32,417 nucleotides of DNA from an uncultured Elusimicrobiales bacterium (GTDB lineage Bacteria; Elusimicrobiota; Elusimicrobia; Elusimicrobiales; Elusimicrobiaceae): the NCBI GenBank assembly GCA_944322775.1, contig CALUQA010000055.1, positions 1 to 32,417 of the forward strand, in the 5' to 3' direction. Every line of letters starts with the position of its first letter. Positions within the stretch are counted from its first letter, which is position 1. A program made the translations under genes and the position numbers. Shown here piece after piece: positions 10,866-19,392 of the stretch. The notes beneath the pieces are model-generated. The model made no database searches. It saw only the letters and a list, made by a program, of their open reading frames with translations, and was not told where the DNA came from.

Positions 10866-11171
10866 TTACAGACCGGCGGGTAAAACGTATTGGAAAGCTT
10901 CCTGCATGAGAAGAAAAGAGCGGTATAGCGTATAGGCAAAATAAGCCGAAAACAACACAATGCCCGCCGTCCAACACCATTTGGACGTCAGGCTTAATTT
11001 GTGGGAAAGCCACACCGTAATTAAAGAAAACGGCCCCACAATCAGCGTCAGCAGCAGTATGCCGCCGTGGTCATACCAAAACCCCATGCGCGGCAAAAGC
11101 GGCTTGCCGCAGTGGCGGCAATAGCAATCGGTTTCTTCTACGGGGCGGCGGCAGCGCGGGCAGGCGGTCAT
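10866..11171 (-). CDS. Small zinc-ribbon membrane protein
   Basis: N-terminal CPRC...YCRHCG followed by two hydrophobic helices; start overlaps the upstream stop (TGATG) and has a GAGGAG RBS. Confidence 0.7.
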   Translation of the reverse strand: MTACPRCRRPVEETDCYCRHCGKPLLPRMGFWYDHGGILLLTLIVGPFSLITVWLSHKLSLTSKWCWTAGIVLFSAYFAYTLYRSFLLMQEAFQYVLPAGL

Positions 11172-12613
11172 CAGATGTCTTCTCCTCTGCTGCGCAGGGC
11201 GCGTTTAATGCGGCTGCGGGCATTGGCGGTCTTGGCAAATTCCAGCCAGTCACGCTTGGGTGCGGCGTTCTTTTTGGTAATTACTTCGCACACGTCGCCG
11301 GTTTTAAACACATAGTCCATGCTGACCATGCGGTTGTTTACTTTGGCGCCCATATAATGGTCGCCGATGTCGGTGTGAATGGCATAAGCAAAATCAATGG
11401 GGGTGGAGCCTTCCGGCAACGGTTTTACGTCAGCGTGCGGGGTAAACACAAACACCTGCTGCAGGTTAATGTCGGTTTGAAAGCCTTCCAAAAATTCACG
11501 CGGGGCGGTCAAATCGCGCTGCCATTCAATCCACTGGCGTATCCAGTTTATTTTTTCGTCAAAGTTTTTGTCTTTTTTGCCCGCACCCAGTTTATACCTC
11601 CAGTGTGCGGCGATACCGTATTCGCAGGTGCGGTGCATTTCTTCGGTGCGGATTTGTATTTCCACAATGTCGCCCGTGGGCACCAATACGGTGGTGTGTA
11701 TGCTTTGGTACATGTTGGATTTGGGGGTGGCAATATAGTCGGTAAACGTGCCAGCCAGCGGTTTAAAGCGGGAGTGGACAATGCCCAACGCTTTATAGCA
11801 GTCGGCCACTGTTTTGGTAATAATGCGCACGCCCAAAGAGTCCTGTATTTCGGCAAAGGTTAAATGCTGTTTTTGCATTTTGCGGTAAATGGAGTAATAG
11901 TTTTTGGCGCGCGAAAGTAGGCGGTATTCAAGCCCTTCTTCTTTTAAGGCCGGCTCCAACATTTTTTTAAAAGCGCTTAAGGTGGCTTCGCGGTCGGCGG
12001 TGCGTTTTTCCACCTGTTTGACCAGGTCTTTAAATTCTTCGGGGTGCAAATATTTGAAGGCTAAATATTCCAGCTCGGTTTTGATGGTAAACATGCCCAA
12101 ACGTTGGGCCAAAGGGGCATAAAGGGTGATGGTTTCGTAGGATTTAAATTTTTGTTTTTCCGCCGGCATCACGTCCATGGTGCGCATGTTGTGGGTACGG
12201 TCGGCCAGTTTGATTAAAATAACGCGTACGTCTTCGGCCACGGCAATAAGCATTTTGCGCCAGTTTTCCACGGTTTCCTCATCGGTGGAGGAAAATTTTA
12301 AGTCGCTTATTTTCGTGACTCCTTGCACCATGTGGGCCACGTCTTTGTTGAACTCTCTTTTTAAATCTTCCGCCGTTACGCCGGTGTCTTCCACCGTGTC
12401 GTGCAGCAGGCCGGCGCAAATGGTTTCTTCGTCCATTTTAAAATCCAGCAAAATTTGCGCCACGGCACAGCAGTGGTTAAAATAGGGTTCGCCGGTTTCG
12501 CGTTTTTGGTCTTTATGGGCGTTTTGGGCAAAACGGTAGGCCTTTTCCAACATGGTGGTGTCGGCATTGGGGTTATATTCTTTAAATTGCGCTACCAGTT
12601 CACTCAGTTCCAT
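11171..12613 (-). CDS. rel: RelA/SpoT homologue (HD hydrolase + synthetase + TGS; lacks C-terminal ZFD/ACT)
   Basis: AGLLHDTVEDT, IKLADRTHNMRT, YAPLAQRLG, YQSIHT, EIQIRT, GIAAHWRYK, TGS motif TPIDFAYAIHTDIG. Confidence 0.93.
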   Translation of the reverse strand: MELSELVAQFKEYNPNADTTMLEKAYRFAQNAHKDQKRETGEPYFNHCCAVAQILLDFKMDEETICAGLLHDTVEDTGVTAEDLKREFNKDVAHMVQGVTKISDLKFSSTDEETVENWRKMLIAVAEDVRVILIKLADRTHNMRTMDVMPAEKQKFKSYETITLYAPLAQRLGMFTIKTELEYLAFKYLHPEEFKDLVKQVEKRTADREATLSAFKKMLEPALKEEGLEYRLLSRAKNYYSIYRKMQKQHLTFAEIQDSLGVRIITKTVADCYKALGIVHSRFKPLAGTFTDYIATPKSNMYQSIHTTVLVPTGDIVEIQIRTEEMHRTCEYGIAAHWRYKLGAGKKDKNFDEKINWIRQWIEWQRDLTAPREFLEGFQTDINLQQVFVFTPHADVKPLPEGSTPIDFAYAIHTDIGDHYMGAKVNNRMVSMDYVFKTGDVCEVITKKNAAPKRDWLEFAKTANARSRIKRALRSRGEDI

Positions 12614-12616
12614 AGG

Positions 12617-13771
12617 CTATTTTTGAGAAAGATCCTGTAAAATTTCTTTGGCGGCCCGTTCGGCCACGCCTTTTTGCCCCAAAGAGGCACGCAGCGTCAG
12701 CAGTTCGGCGCGCTGGGCAGCCAGTTTGGACGGGTTTTGAAACATGGACATCGTTTCGGCCGCCAGGGCGCGGGCCGTGCAGTCACCCTGGATAAGTTCT
12801 TTGACCACCGGCTTGTTGGCCAGCAAGTTTACCAAAGAAATATAGGGCACTTTAATGACGGCCTTGGCAATTTGATAGGTGGGCCAGAAAAGTTTATAGG
12901 CTACCACCATCGGCACGCCCAGCAGGGCATTTTCCAGCGTGGCCGTGCCGGAGCAGGCCAGCAAAAAGTCCATTTGGCTGCGGATTTCGTAATTTTTGTC
13001 TTTTACGATATGAAAATTGGGGTGCGGGACCTCGCCGATTAAGTCCAAAATAATTTTCTCGTCACGGTCCGGCAGCAGGAATAAATAGGCCTGCGTGTTT
13101 GGAAATTCTTTGAGCACTTGTTTAAAGGCCTGATAGAATACCGGCGTTAAACGTTTGATTTCGCCCATGCGGCTGCCGGGCAATATGCCCAGCTTCCAGG
13201 CTTTGTTTTTGTCGGGGGACGGGTCCACCGTATAAGGGCGCGGGGCGGGCATGATGTCCAAAAGCGGGTTGCCCAAAAACACGGCATTTCCGCCAAATTT
13301 TTTGTGGAAAGCCGGTTCAAAAGGATAGATGACAAACATTTTTTTGGTCAGCCGTGCCAACTGTTTTGCGCGGTATTGGCGGCTGGCCCACACTTGCGGG
13401 GTAACGTAATAGTAAGCCGGTATGCCGCGGTGCGCGGCCATGCCCAGCACCTGATGGTTAAACCCGTAAAAATCCACCACGATAAGCGCCGACGGATTTT
13501 GCGTTTCCATATAGGCGCGTATTTTTTTAATCAGTTCCAGCCACAGCGGCATTTTTTTAAGCGGCTCAATAAAACCGCTGGCCCCTTGGCTGGCCAAATC
13601 GTACATAAAAACATCGGCCTGTTTTTCCATCAGTTTGCCGCCTATGGCCGTAATGCGCACGTCCGGGTCGGCCTTTTTGAGTTCTTTTATCAAGTTGGCG
13701 GCATGCAAATCGCCCGATACGTCACCGGCGACAATCAAAATGTTTTTGACAAGGGGGGTAACGGTTGCCAT
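12617..13771 (-). CDS. lpxB: Lipid-A-disaccharide synthase
   Basis: AGDVSGDLHAA, YYVTPQVWASR, GNPLLD, LPGSRMGEI, SGTATLE, PYISLVNLL. Confidence 0.95.
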   Translation of the reverse strand: MATVTPLVKNILIVAGDVSGDLHAANLIKELKKADPDVRITAIGGKLMEKQADVFMYDLASQGASGFIEPLKKMPLWLELIKKIRAYMETQNPSALIVVDFYGFNHQVLGMAAHRGIPAYYYVTPQVWASRQYRAKQLARLTKKMFVIYPFEPAFHKKFGGNAVFLGNPLLDIMPAPRPYTVDPSPDKNKAWKLGILPGSRMGEIKRLTPVFYQAFKQVLKEFPNTQAYLFLLPDRDEKIILDLIGEVPHPNFHIVKDKNYEIRSQMDFLLACSGTATLENALLGVPMVVAYKLFWPTYQIAKAVIKVPYISLVNLLANKPVVKELIQGDCTARALAAETMSMFQNPSKLAAQRAELLTLRASLGQKGVAERAAKEILQDLSQK

Positions 13772-13773
13772 AA

Positions 13774-14835
13774 TTATTTATCCTTTTTCAGCTGGCCCAA
13801 GGTTTCGTCCAGCACGATTTGCGCGGCTTTGGCTACGTCGTGCACTACTTGGAAGGGCTTAGGCGTATGCAAGTGCCCCGTTTTGGGAATGTCGTAGCGG
13901 TTGATTTGTTCGGTAATGCGCAAGGCCAGCTCCAGCGCTTTGCTGCCCTTTTCCCCGCTGGGAGCAGGGGTTTTGTTGGTTTTAATACAGTCTATAAAAT
14001 GCAAAATTTCCGCCGTAATGGGCAGTTGTTTTTCCACGGGGGGATAAATGACCGTCAAATCCTGCATGGAAGAGATGACGGGTTTTTCTTTCTTGTAAAT
14101 TTTTACCCGCGCATTCATAAAATCTACGGAAACATACGCGTCTTTTTGGAACAAATGCATAAAGCGGGCACGTTCAAAGCTGGCGCGGCTGGCGGTTAAA
14201 TCGGCCAAGGCGCCGTTGGCAAAACGAATGCGCACATTGGCAATGTCTTCATGTTGGGAAAATACGCTCAGCCCCGTGGCGTCAATGCTTTCCACTTCGC
14301 TGGGCACCAACGTCAGCAGCAGGTCAATATCGTGGATCATCAAATCCAGCACCACCCCGATGTTGGACATGCGCGCATCATAAGGCCCCAGGCGGTTCAT
14401 GGTGATAAATTTGGGGTCTTCTATGTATTTTGTGGCAGCCACTACGGCCGGGTTAAAACGTTCCACATGGCCCACCTGCAAAACAAGGTTGTGCAGCTTG
14501 GCGGTGCGGATTAAATCGCGCGCTTGGTCTAAGGTGGTGGCAATGGGTTTTTCCACCAGGGTATGCACGCCGTGTTCCAGGCAGTACATGCCAATTTCGT
14601 GGTGCAAATGCGTCGGCGCGGCCACAATGACGGCGTCCACCTGGCCCACCAGCTCTTCCATTTTGGAGTACGGCGTGGCATTGTATTGCCAGGCCAGCTT
14701 TTGGGCCCGCATTAAGTCCGGGTCGCATACGCCGACTAAGCTAACGCCTTTCATCTTGGATAAAGTACGTGTGTGAAAAGTGCCTATTTTCCCGGCGCCG
14801 ATGACGCCGAATTTCAGGGTGTCTGCATTTGCCAT
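13774..14835 (-). CDS. Gfo/Idh/MocA oxidoreductase, probable GnnA-like UDP-GlcNAc 3-dehydrogenase
   Basis: GVIGAGKIG, VEKPI, QVGHVERFNPA, VVLDLMIHDID; directly upstream of lpxB. Confidence 0.8.
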   Translation of the reverse strand: MANADTLKFGVIGAGKIGTFHTRTLSKMKGVSLVGVCDPDLMRAQKLAWQYNATPYSKMEELVGQVDAVIVAAPTHLHHEIGMYCLEHGVHTLVEKPIATTLDQARDLIRTAKLHNLVLQVGHVERFNPAVVAATKYIEDPKFITMNRLGPYDARMSNIGVVLDLMIHDIDLLLTLVPSEVESIDATGLSVFSQHEDIANVRIRFANGALADLTASRASFERARFMHLFQKDAYVSVDFMNARVKIYKKEKPVISSMQDLTVIYPPVEKQLPITAEILHFIDCIKTNKTPAPSGEKGSKALELALRITEQINRYDIPKTGHLHTPKPFQVVHDVAKAAQIVLDETLGQLKKDK

Positions 14836-14861
14836 GTGAAAGTACCTCGCTGTATTTATTT

Positions 14862-14870
14862 ATTATATCA
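14862..14870 (-). promoter_or_regulatory. Putative extended -10 promoter (TGaTATAAT) for the oxidoreductase-lpxB-rel operon
   Basis: Perfect TGnTATAAT on the minus strand in the divergent intergenic region. Confidence 0.55.
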
Positions 14871-14927
14871 TATGGGCGGCGCGGGCAATACACGGGTTTT
14901 GCCGGGCCAAAGGGTGGACTTTTTAGG

Positions 14928-14933
14928 TATAAT
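14928..14933 (+). promoter_or_regulatory. Putative -10 box for the ndk operon
   Basis: TATAAT ~30 nt upstream of the ndk ATG; AAGGA RBS follows. No clear -35. Confidence 0.45.
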
Positions 14934-14962
14934 ATGCGTATATATTTATATAAGGATTTTTT

Positions 14963-15406
14963 ATGGAAAAAACACTTATTTTAATTAAACCCGATGCTAT
15001 ACAAAAACGCCTTACGGGCATTGTGCTGGCCCGCTTTGAAGCCCTGGGACTGGAAATTGCCGGCGCCAAAGTGGTGCGCGCCAACGAAGCGCTTCTGCGC
15101 GAGCATTACGCCAATTTAAAAGGCAGCCCGTTTTTGGAAGGCGTGCTTAAATTTATGATGGGCGACTATAACAATTTGCCCGACCACCGCATTTACGCTT
15201 TTGTACTGCGCGGGGAAAACGCCGTGGCGCGCGTGCGCGCCGCTTTGGGCGCCACCAACCCCGAAAAAGCCGAACCCTGGACGCTGCGCGGCCAGTTTGG
15301 CTGCATTAAAGACGGTGTTATGCAAAACGCCGTTCATGCTTCCGGCACGGTGCCCGAAGCCGAGCGGGAAATTGCCCTGTGGTTTAAACCGGAAGAAGTG
15401 CTGTGA
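14963..15406 (+). CDS. ndk: Nucleoside diphosphate kinase
   Basis: TLILIKPDA, EHYA, GATNP..A.P.TLRG.FG, NAVHASG (catalytic His), AEREIALWF. Confidence 0.96.
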   Translation: MEKTLILIKPDAIQKRLTGIVLARFEALGLEIAGAKVVRANEALLREHYANLKGSPFLEGVLKFMMGDYNNLPDHRIYAFVLRGENAVARVRAALGATNPEKAEPWTLRGQFGCIKDGVMQNAVHASGTVPEAEREIALWFKPEEVL

Positions 15407-16245
15407 TGAAAAAATACGCTTTGCTTTTTTTAGCTTTTGCCGCCGCCCCGCTGTTGTGGGGACAGGTGACCGGGGACACCGTCAACTTTCAAACCCAGGA
15501 CGGGTGGAATATCGCCGGGGTGTATCAGCCGGCGGGCAGCACCGGCAAGGTGGTGCTTTTGCTGCATGATATCGGCAAAGGCAAGCACGAGTTTAAAACC
15601 TTTTCCGGCAAACTAAAAGACAATGGCTTTGGCTATTTGGCCATTGATTTGCGCGGGCACGGGCAAAGCGTCAATAAAGGCGAATATAAAGACTTTGCCA
15701 AAGAAGGCGTAGATAACGACTTTAATAAAATGACGCGCGACGTGGACGCGGCCGTCAATTTTTTAAATAAAAAAGGCGTCAGCGAAGAAAACATCATTTT
15801 TGTGGGCGCCGGTATGGGCGCCAATGTGGCCGCCAAAGCGGCCAGCATGTGGCCCGGCATTGGCGGCGTGGCACTGATTACGCCGGTGACCAACTTTAGA
15901 GACGTGCTCACCATACCTGCTTTACGGGTGTATAAGGGGAATGTTTTTATTGCCGCTGCGGCAGATGACAAAAAGACGTTTTTGGAAGCCAGCCTGCTGC
16001 GCAACGTGGCTTTTTTAAGTTCAGGAGAAGGCAAAGTGGTGTTTGCCACCGCCTATGACCAGGCCGGGCATAATTTGCTGGACCGTTGGGTAACGCCGGA
16101 GCTCATTGAATGGCTGCTGGTGCCCAACCGCCCGGAAATAAAACCCGATATTCCGCCTGCTCCTGCCGAAGATCCTTACGGCACCTATGTGCCGGTGGAG
16201 CCTTCTTCTACCGAAGATGCCCTTGTTCCTTCGGTGTTGATGTAA
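15406..16245 (+). CDS. Secreted alpha/beta-hydrolase-fold protein (nucleophile Ser absent)
   Basis: Signal peptide MKKYALLFLAFAAAPLLWG; AIDLRGHGQS; elbow reads VGAGMGA. Confidence 0.8.
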   Translation: MKKYALLFLAFAAAPLLWGQVTGDTVNFQTQDGWNIAGVYQPAGSTGKVVLLLHDIGKGKHEFKTFSGKLKDNGFGYLAIDLRGHGQSVNKGEYKDFAKEGVDNDFNKMTRDVDAAVNFLNKKGVSEENIIFVGAGMGANVAAKAASMWPGIGGVALITPVTNFRDVLTIPALRVYKGNVFIAAAADDKKTFLEASLLRNVAFLSSGEGKVVFATAYDQAGHNLLDRWVTPELIEWLLVPNRPEIKPDIPPAPAEDPYGTYVPVEPSSTEDALVPSVLM

Positions 16246-16281
16246 TTAATCAGGCGCTTTGTATTTGCGCCGGGAGCGCGT

Positions 16282-17232
16282 ATGAAACCTGCCCGTATTG
16301 TCTTTCCCGGTTTTTGGTTCGGCAAAAGTGAACTGGCCCAAGCTAAAAAACAGGCCGCCCGCGGCGTGGGCGGGTTTTGTGTGTACGGCGGCACGGCCAA
16401 GCAGGTAAAACATTTTGTGGAAACCGTGCGCGAGGTATCCCCCTACGACCATTTGCTTATCTGCGCAGACATAGAAGAAGATTTATCCGAAGTTATTAAA
16501 GACGCGCCTGCCTTGCCCGTTAATGCAGAGCTGGGCAAAGCCGAAGACACCGAAGGCGCCTACCGCAAAGGGCTGATAACGGCGCGTATGGCGCGCAGCA
16601 TAGGCATAGACTGGCTGCTCTCGCCGGTGGTGGACATTGGCTATCAAAGCCCTGCTTTTTGTGAAGTACCCATGTCCGTGGCGCGCCTAGCCGGCGATTA
16701 TGTGGCCGGTGTGGCCAACGGAGGGGCTTTAAACTGCATTAAGTATTTCCCTGGCGTGAGCGGCATTTTAAAGACGTTGGCCCAAATGGAAGATGCCGAG
16801 TTTGTGCCCTACAAACACATGTTCCGCCGCTGCGATGCCATTATGCCTTCCGACATGGTGTTTGCCAATATAGATCCTGCCAACCGGGCCATGATGTCGG
16901 AAAAAATAATTAAAGGCTTGCTGAAAAAAAGACTTAATTATAAGGGCTGTGTGGTGGGGGCCCCGCTGTTTAAAAGCCATATTAGAAACGAAGCTTCTGC
17001 CGTGATGAAAATGATTGCCTGCGGCGTGGAAATGATTTTGGCCCCGCATGACCCCGAGGCTGTGTTGGACGCGGTGGAAAAAGAGTTTGACAAAGGCCGC
17101 ATTGTAGACGAAGTAACGCACAGCATTTCCAACCACGAAATATTTACCAGCAAGGTGGTCAATATGCCGGTGCCCGTGTTTACGGTAAAAGAAGCCTTTG
17201 AAATGGCCAAAAATTTTAAGAAAGAAAAATAA
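16282..17232 (+). CDS. Glycoside hydrolase family 3 (NagZ-like) TIM-barrel protein with degenerate active site
   Basis: LLICADIE, ARSIGIDWLLSPVVD, NCIKYFPG, EFVPYK, LLKKRLNYKGCVV follow the NagZ motif order but catalytic residues are changed. Confidence 0.75.
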   Translation: MKPARIVFPGFWFGKSELAQAKKQAARGVGGFCVYGGTAKQVKHFVETVREVSPYDHLLICADIEEDLSEVIKDAPALPVNAELGKAEDTEGAYRKGLITARMARSIGIDWLLSPVVDIGYQSPAFCEVPMSVARLAGDYVAGVANGGALNCIKYFPGVSGILKTLAQMEDAEFVPYKHMFRRCDAIMPSDMVFANIDPANRAMMSEKIIKGLLKKRLNYKGCVVGAPLFKSHIRNEASAVMKMIACGVEMILAPHDPEAVLDAVEKEFDKGRIVDEVTHSISNHEIFTSKVVNMPVPVFTVKEAFEMAKNFKKEK

Positions 17233-17244
17233 GTTGTTACAATA

Positions 17245-17274
17245 AAAAACCCCGCTCTTTTGAGCGGGGTTTTT
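17245..17274. terminator. Bidirectional rho-independent terminator between convergent genes
   Basis: AAAAACCCCGCTC-tttt-GAGCGGGGTTTTT perfect inverted repeat with A/T tracts on both sides. Confidence 0.9.
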
Positions 17275-17287
17275 GTCTTTAAAAGGG

Positions 17288-18115
17288 TTAAATGGCCAGT
17301 AAACAAATGTCGTTTTTGTCGGCCAGCGCCACGACTTCTTCCAAATCCAGCACCAAGGTTTTGTCAGCTTCAAAAGCCAAAATTTTAAATCCGGCATTGA
17401 TTAAAGATTGCATGGTCCCTTTGCCCACCACCGGCAAATCAAAACGTTCGTCTTGATTGGGGCGGGCCACTTTTACCACGGCCACGCAGTTTTGTTTTTG
17501 GGCGGATTTTTTGTACAGCTCGCCCGCTCTTGCAATGCAGGCGTCGGTGCCTTCCATGCCTTCCACGGCGATGACGGCGTTTTCGCCCACCACACAGGTA
17601 AGCCCAATGTCCAAAGCGGCAATGGCCTTGGCTATTTTAAAGCCGTATTGTATGGTTTTTTCTTCCTGCGGAGTAGGGTGGCGCTTGCTAAGCACGCCTT
17701 TGGGGGGCATAAAATGCTCCAAATACAAAGCGGAGCTGACAAACTCCAGCCCTTCTTTTTTAAACTCTTCTATCACGCGGGAAAGAATATGCTTGGTCTG
17801 CATGGATTTGAGCGAGGCCAAAAACTTGGCCCCGCGCAAATCCGGCATTAGGTTGGAAAATACGGAGGTATGCTGCACGCGGCCGGCCATAAGCACCCGG
17901 CGTACGCCGTGTTGCTTAAAGAACTTCAGCCCCGCGCCCATTTGCCCCAAGCGCATTTCTTTGTATACGCCGGCCACGCCGCGGAAGTCTTCCTCCCGCG
18001 CGTTGCCTTTCAGCCCGGCCACCACCACTTCTACGCCTTTTTGGGCGGCCTGACGGGCGATATACACGGGCATTTTGCCTTCACCGGCAATAATGCCCAG
18101 TTTTTCAGTCGTCAT
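17288..18115 (-). CDS. lpxI: UDP-2,3-diacylglucosamine pyrophosphatase LpxI
   Basis: Start moved to MTTEKLGIIAGEGKMP at 18115 (overlaps the lpxA end). Motifs LDIGLTCVV, AVEGMEGTDACIAR, VKVARPNQDERFDLPVVG. Confidence 0.9.
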   Translation of the reverse strand: MTTEKLGIIAGEGKMPVYIARQAAQKGVEVVVAGLKGNAREEDFRGVAGVYKEMRLGQMGAGLKFFKQHGVRRVLMAGRVQHTSVFSNLMPDLRGAKFLASLKSMQTKHILSRVIEEFKKEGLEFVSSALYLEHFMPPKGVLSKRHPTPQEEKTIQYGFKIAKAIAALDIGLTCVVGENAVIAVEGMEGTDACIARAGELYKKSAQKQNCVAVVKVARPNQDERFDLPVVGKGTMQSLINAGFKILAFEADKTLVLDLEEVVALADKNDICLLAI

Positions 18116-18911
18116 TGGCTTCGTTGATTTTGCGTTTGGCCGCGGTGATGCCGCGTTTTGTGTGTTTGCAAAAATCCAACATTTCCTGCACGGCCGGAAT
18201 CGGGTTGCTCGCTTCCAGCTGGGCAATGGCGTCTTTAAGCAGCATTTTAGAGCGGAACAGCACTTTAAAAGCGCGTTTGACGGCCATAATTTCGTCGCGG
18301 CCCATACCGGCGCGGCGCATGCCGACCACGTTTAAGCCCACCAAACGGGCGCGTTCGCCCTGGGCGGTGCAGAAAGGCGGCACATCAAGCGGCACCATGG
18401 CGCCGCCGGAAAGCATGGCCAGTTTGCCCACGCGGACAAACTGATGCACGCCGACCATGCCGGAAGTAATCACGCGGTCGGCCAAGTGCACATGCCCGGC
18501 AATGCCGGTGCTGTTGGCCAAGATGATGTTGCTGCCCAATTGGCAGTCGTGCGCCACATGGGCATTGGCCATTAGCAGGCAGTTGTTGCCCAAGCGGGTC
18601 GGGTTTTCCAAGCTGGTGGAACGGTGAATGGTTACGCATTCGCGTATTTTGTTGCCATTTCCCATCACTACCATGCTTTCTACGCCGTCATAAGACAGGT
18701 CCTGCGGTTTAACGCCGATGGACGCATGTGCTATGACTTCGTTGTTGTCTCCCATCACCGTGTTTTCAATAATGCAGAAAGGCCCGATGTGGTTATTTTT
18801 GCCCATCGTCACGTTGGGTCCGATAATAGTGTAGGGCCCAATAACGGTGGACGGATCAATCTTTGCACTCGGGTCTATAACAGCGGTGGGGTGTATGTGG
18901 GTGTCAGACAT
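18105..18911 (-). CDS. lpxA: Acyl-ACP--UDP-N-acetylglucosamine O-acyltransferase
   Basis: IHPTAVID, PQDLSY, IRECVTIHR, AHVAHDC, VHQFVRVG hexapeptide repeats. Confidence 0.95.
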   Translation of the reverse strand: MSDTHIHPTAVIDPSAKIDPSTVIGPYTIIGPNVTMGKNNHIGPFCIIENTVMGDNNEVIAHASIGVKPQDLSYDGVESMVVMGNGNKIRECVTIHRSTSLENPTRLGNNCLLMANAHVAHDCQLGSNIILANSTGIAGHVHLADRVITSGMVGVHQFVRVGKLAMLSGGAMVPLDVPPFCTAQGERARLVGLNVVGMRRAGMGRDEIMAVKRAFKVLFRSKMLLKDAIAQLEASNPIPAVQEMLDFCKHTKRGITAAKRKINEANDD

Positions 18912-19392
18912 TAAGGTTTTCTCCTAATATGAACGTCAGGTAAGCCTGCGTGCAGAGTTTGCCGTTGACGTACGCTTCCGCGTAAATGCGCGATAGCTTG
19001 CCAAGGCGCAGAATTTGCACGGGCATTTCTAAAGTGTCCCCCGGAACAACCATACCTCTGAATTTGGCATTTTCAATGCCCAAAAACAGCGGCAAGCCCT
19101 TTCCGCCGCTGACGCGGTCCATAATCGCCCCGCCGAAAGACTGGGAAATGCTTTCCAGTATCAGTACTCCCGGCATGATAGGCTTTTGCGGAAAGTGGCC
19201 TTTGAAAAAATATTCTTCCCCTGTTACTTTTTTGATACCAACGCAGGTTTTGCCGTCTTCAATGATGCGCACTTCATCTACCAAAAGGAACGGGTCGCGA
19301 TGGGGAATGTTGCGCTTAATTTCTTCCTGGTCCATCACCTTGATGACCGGCATGGTCAGCAAAGGCGCCAGGGAAGGGTGCTTCTCTTTCAT
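18904..19392 (-). CDS. fabZ: 3-hydroxyacyl-ACP dehydratase
   Basis: IPHRDPFLLVD, FFKGHFPQKPIMPGVLILES, KFRGMVVPGD. Confidence 0.95.
   Translation of the reverse strand: MKEKHPSLAPLLTMPVIKVMDQEEIKRNIPHRDPFLLVDEVRIIEDGKTCVGIKKVTGEEYFFKGHFPQKPIMPGVLILESISQSFGGAIMDRVSGGKGLPLFLGIENAKFRGMVVPGDTLEMPVQILRLGKLSRIYAEAYVNGKLCTQAYLTFILGENLNV

Noticed and set aside
10866-11171. Zinc-ribbon gene as the split-off ZFD/ACT part of Rel
   Set aside because: Its CxxC...CxxC plus transmembrane helices does not match the Rel CC..P.PGD motif or an ACT fold.
18116-18226. N-terminal extension of lpxI in the ORF track
   Set aside because: It overlaps lpxA by more than 100 nt; LpxI-like sequence starts at MTTEKLGIIAG (18115).
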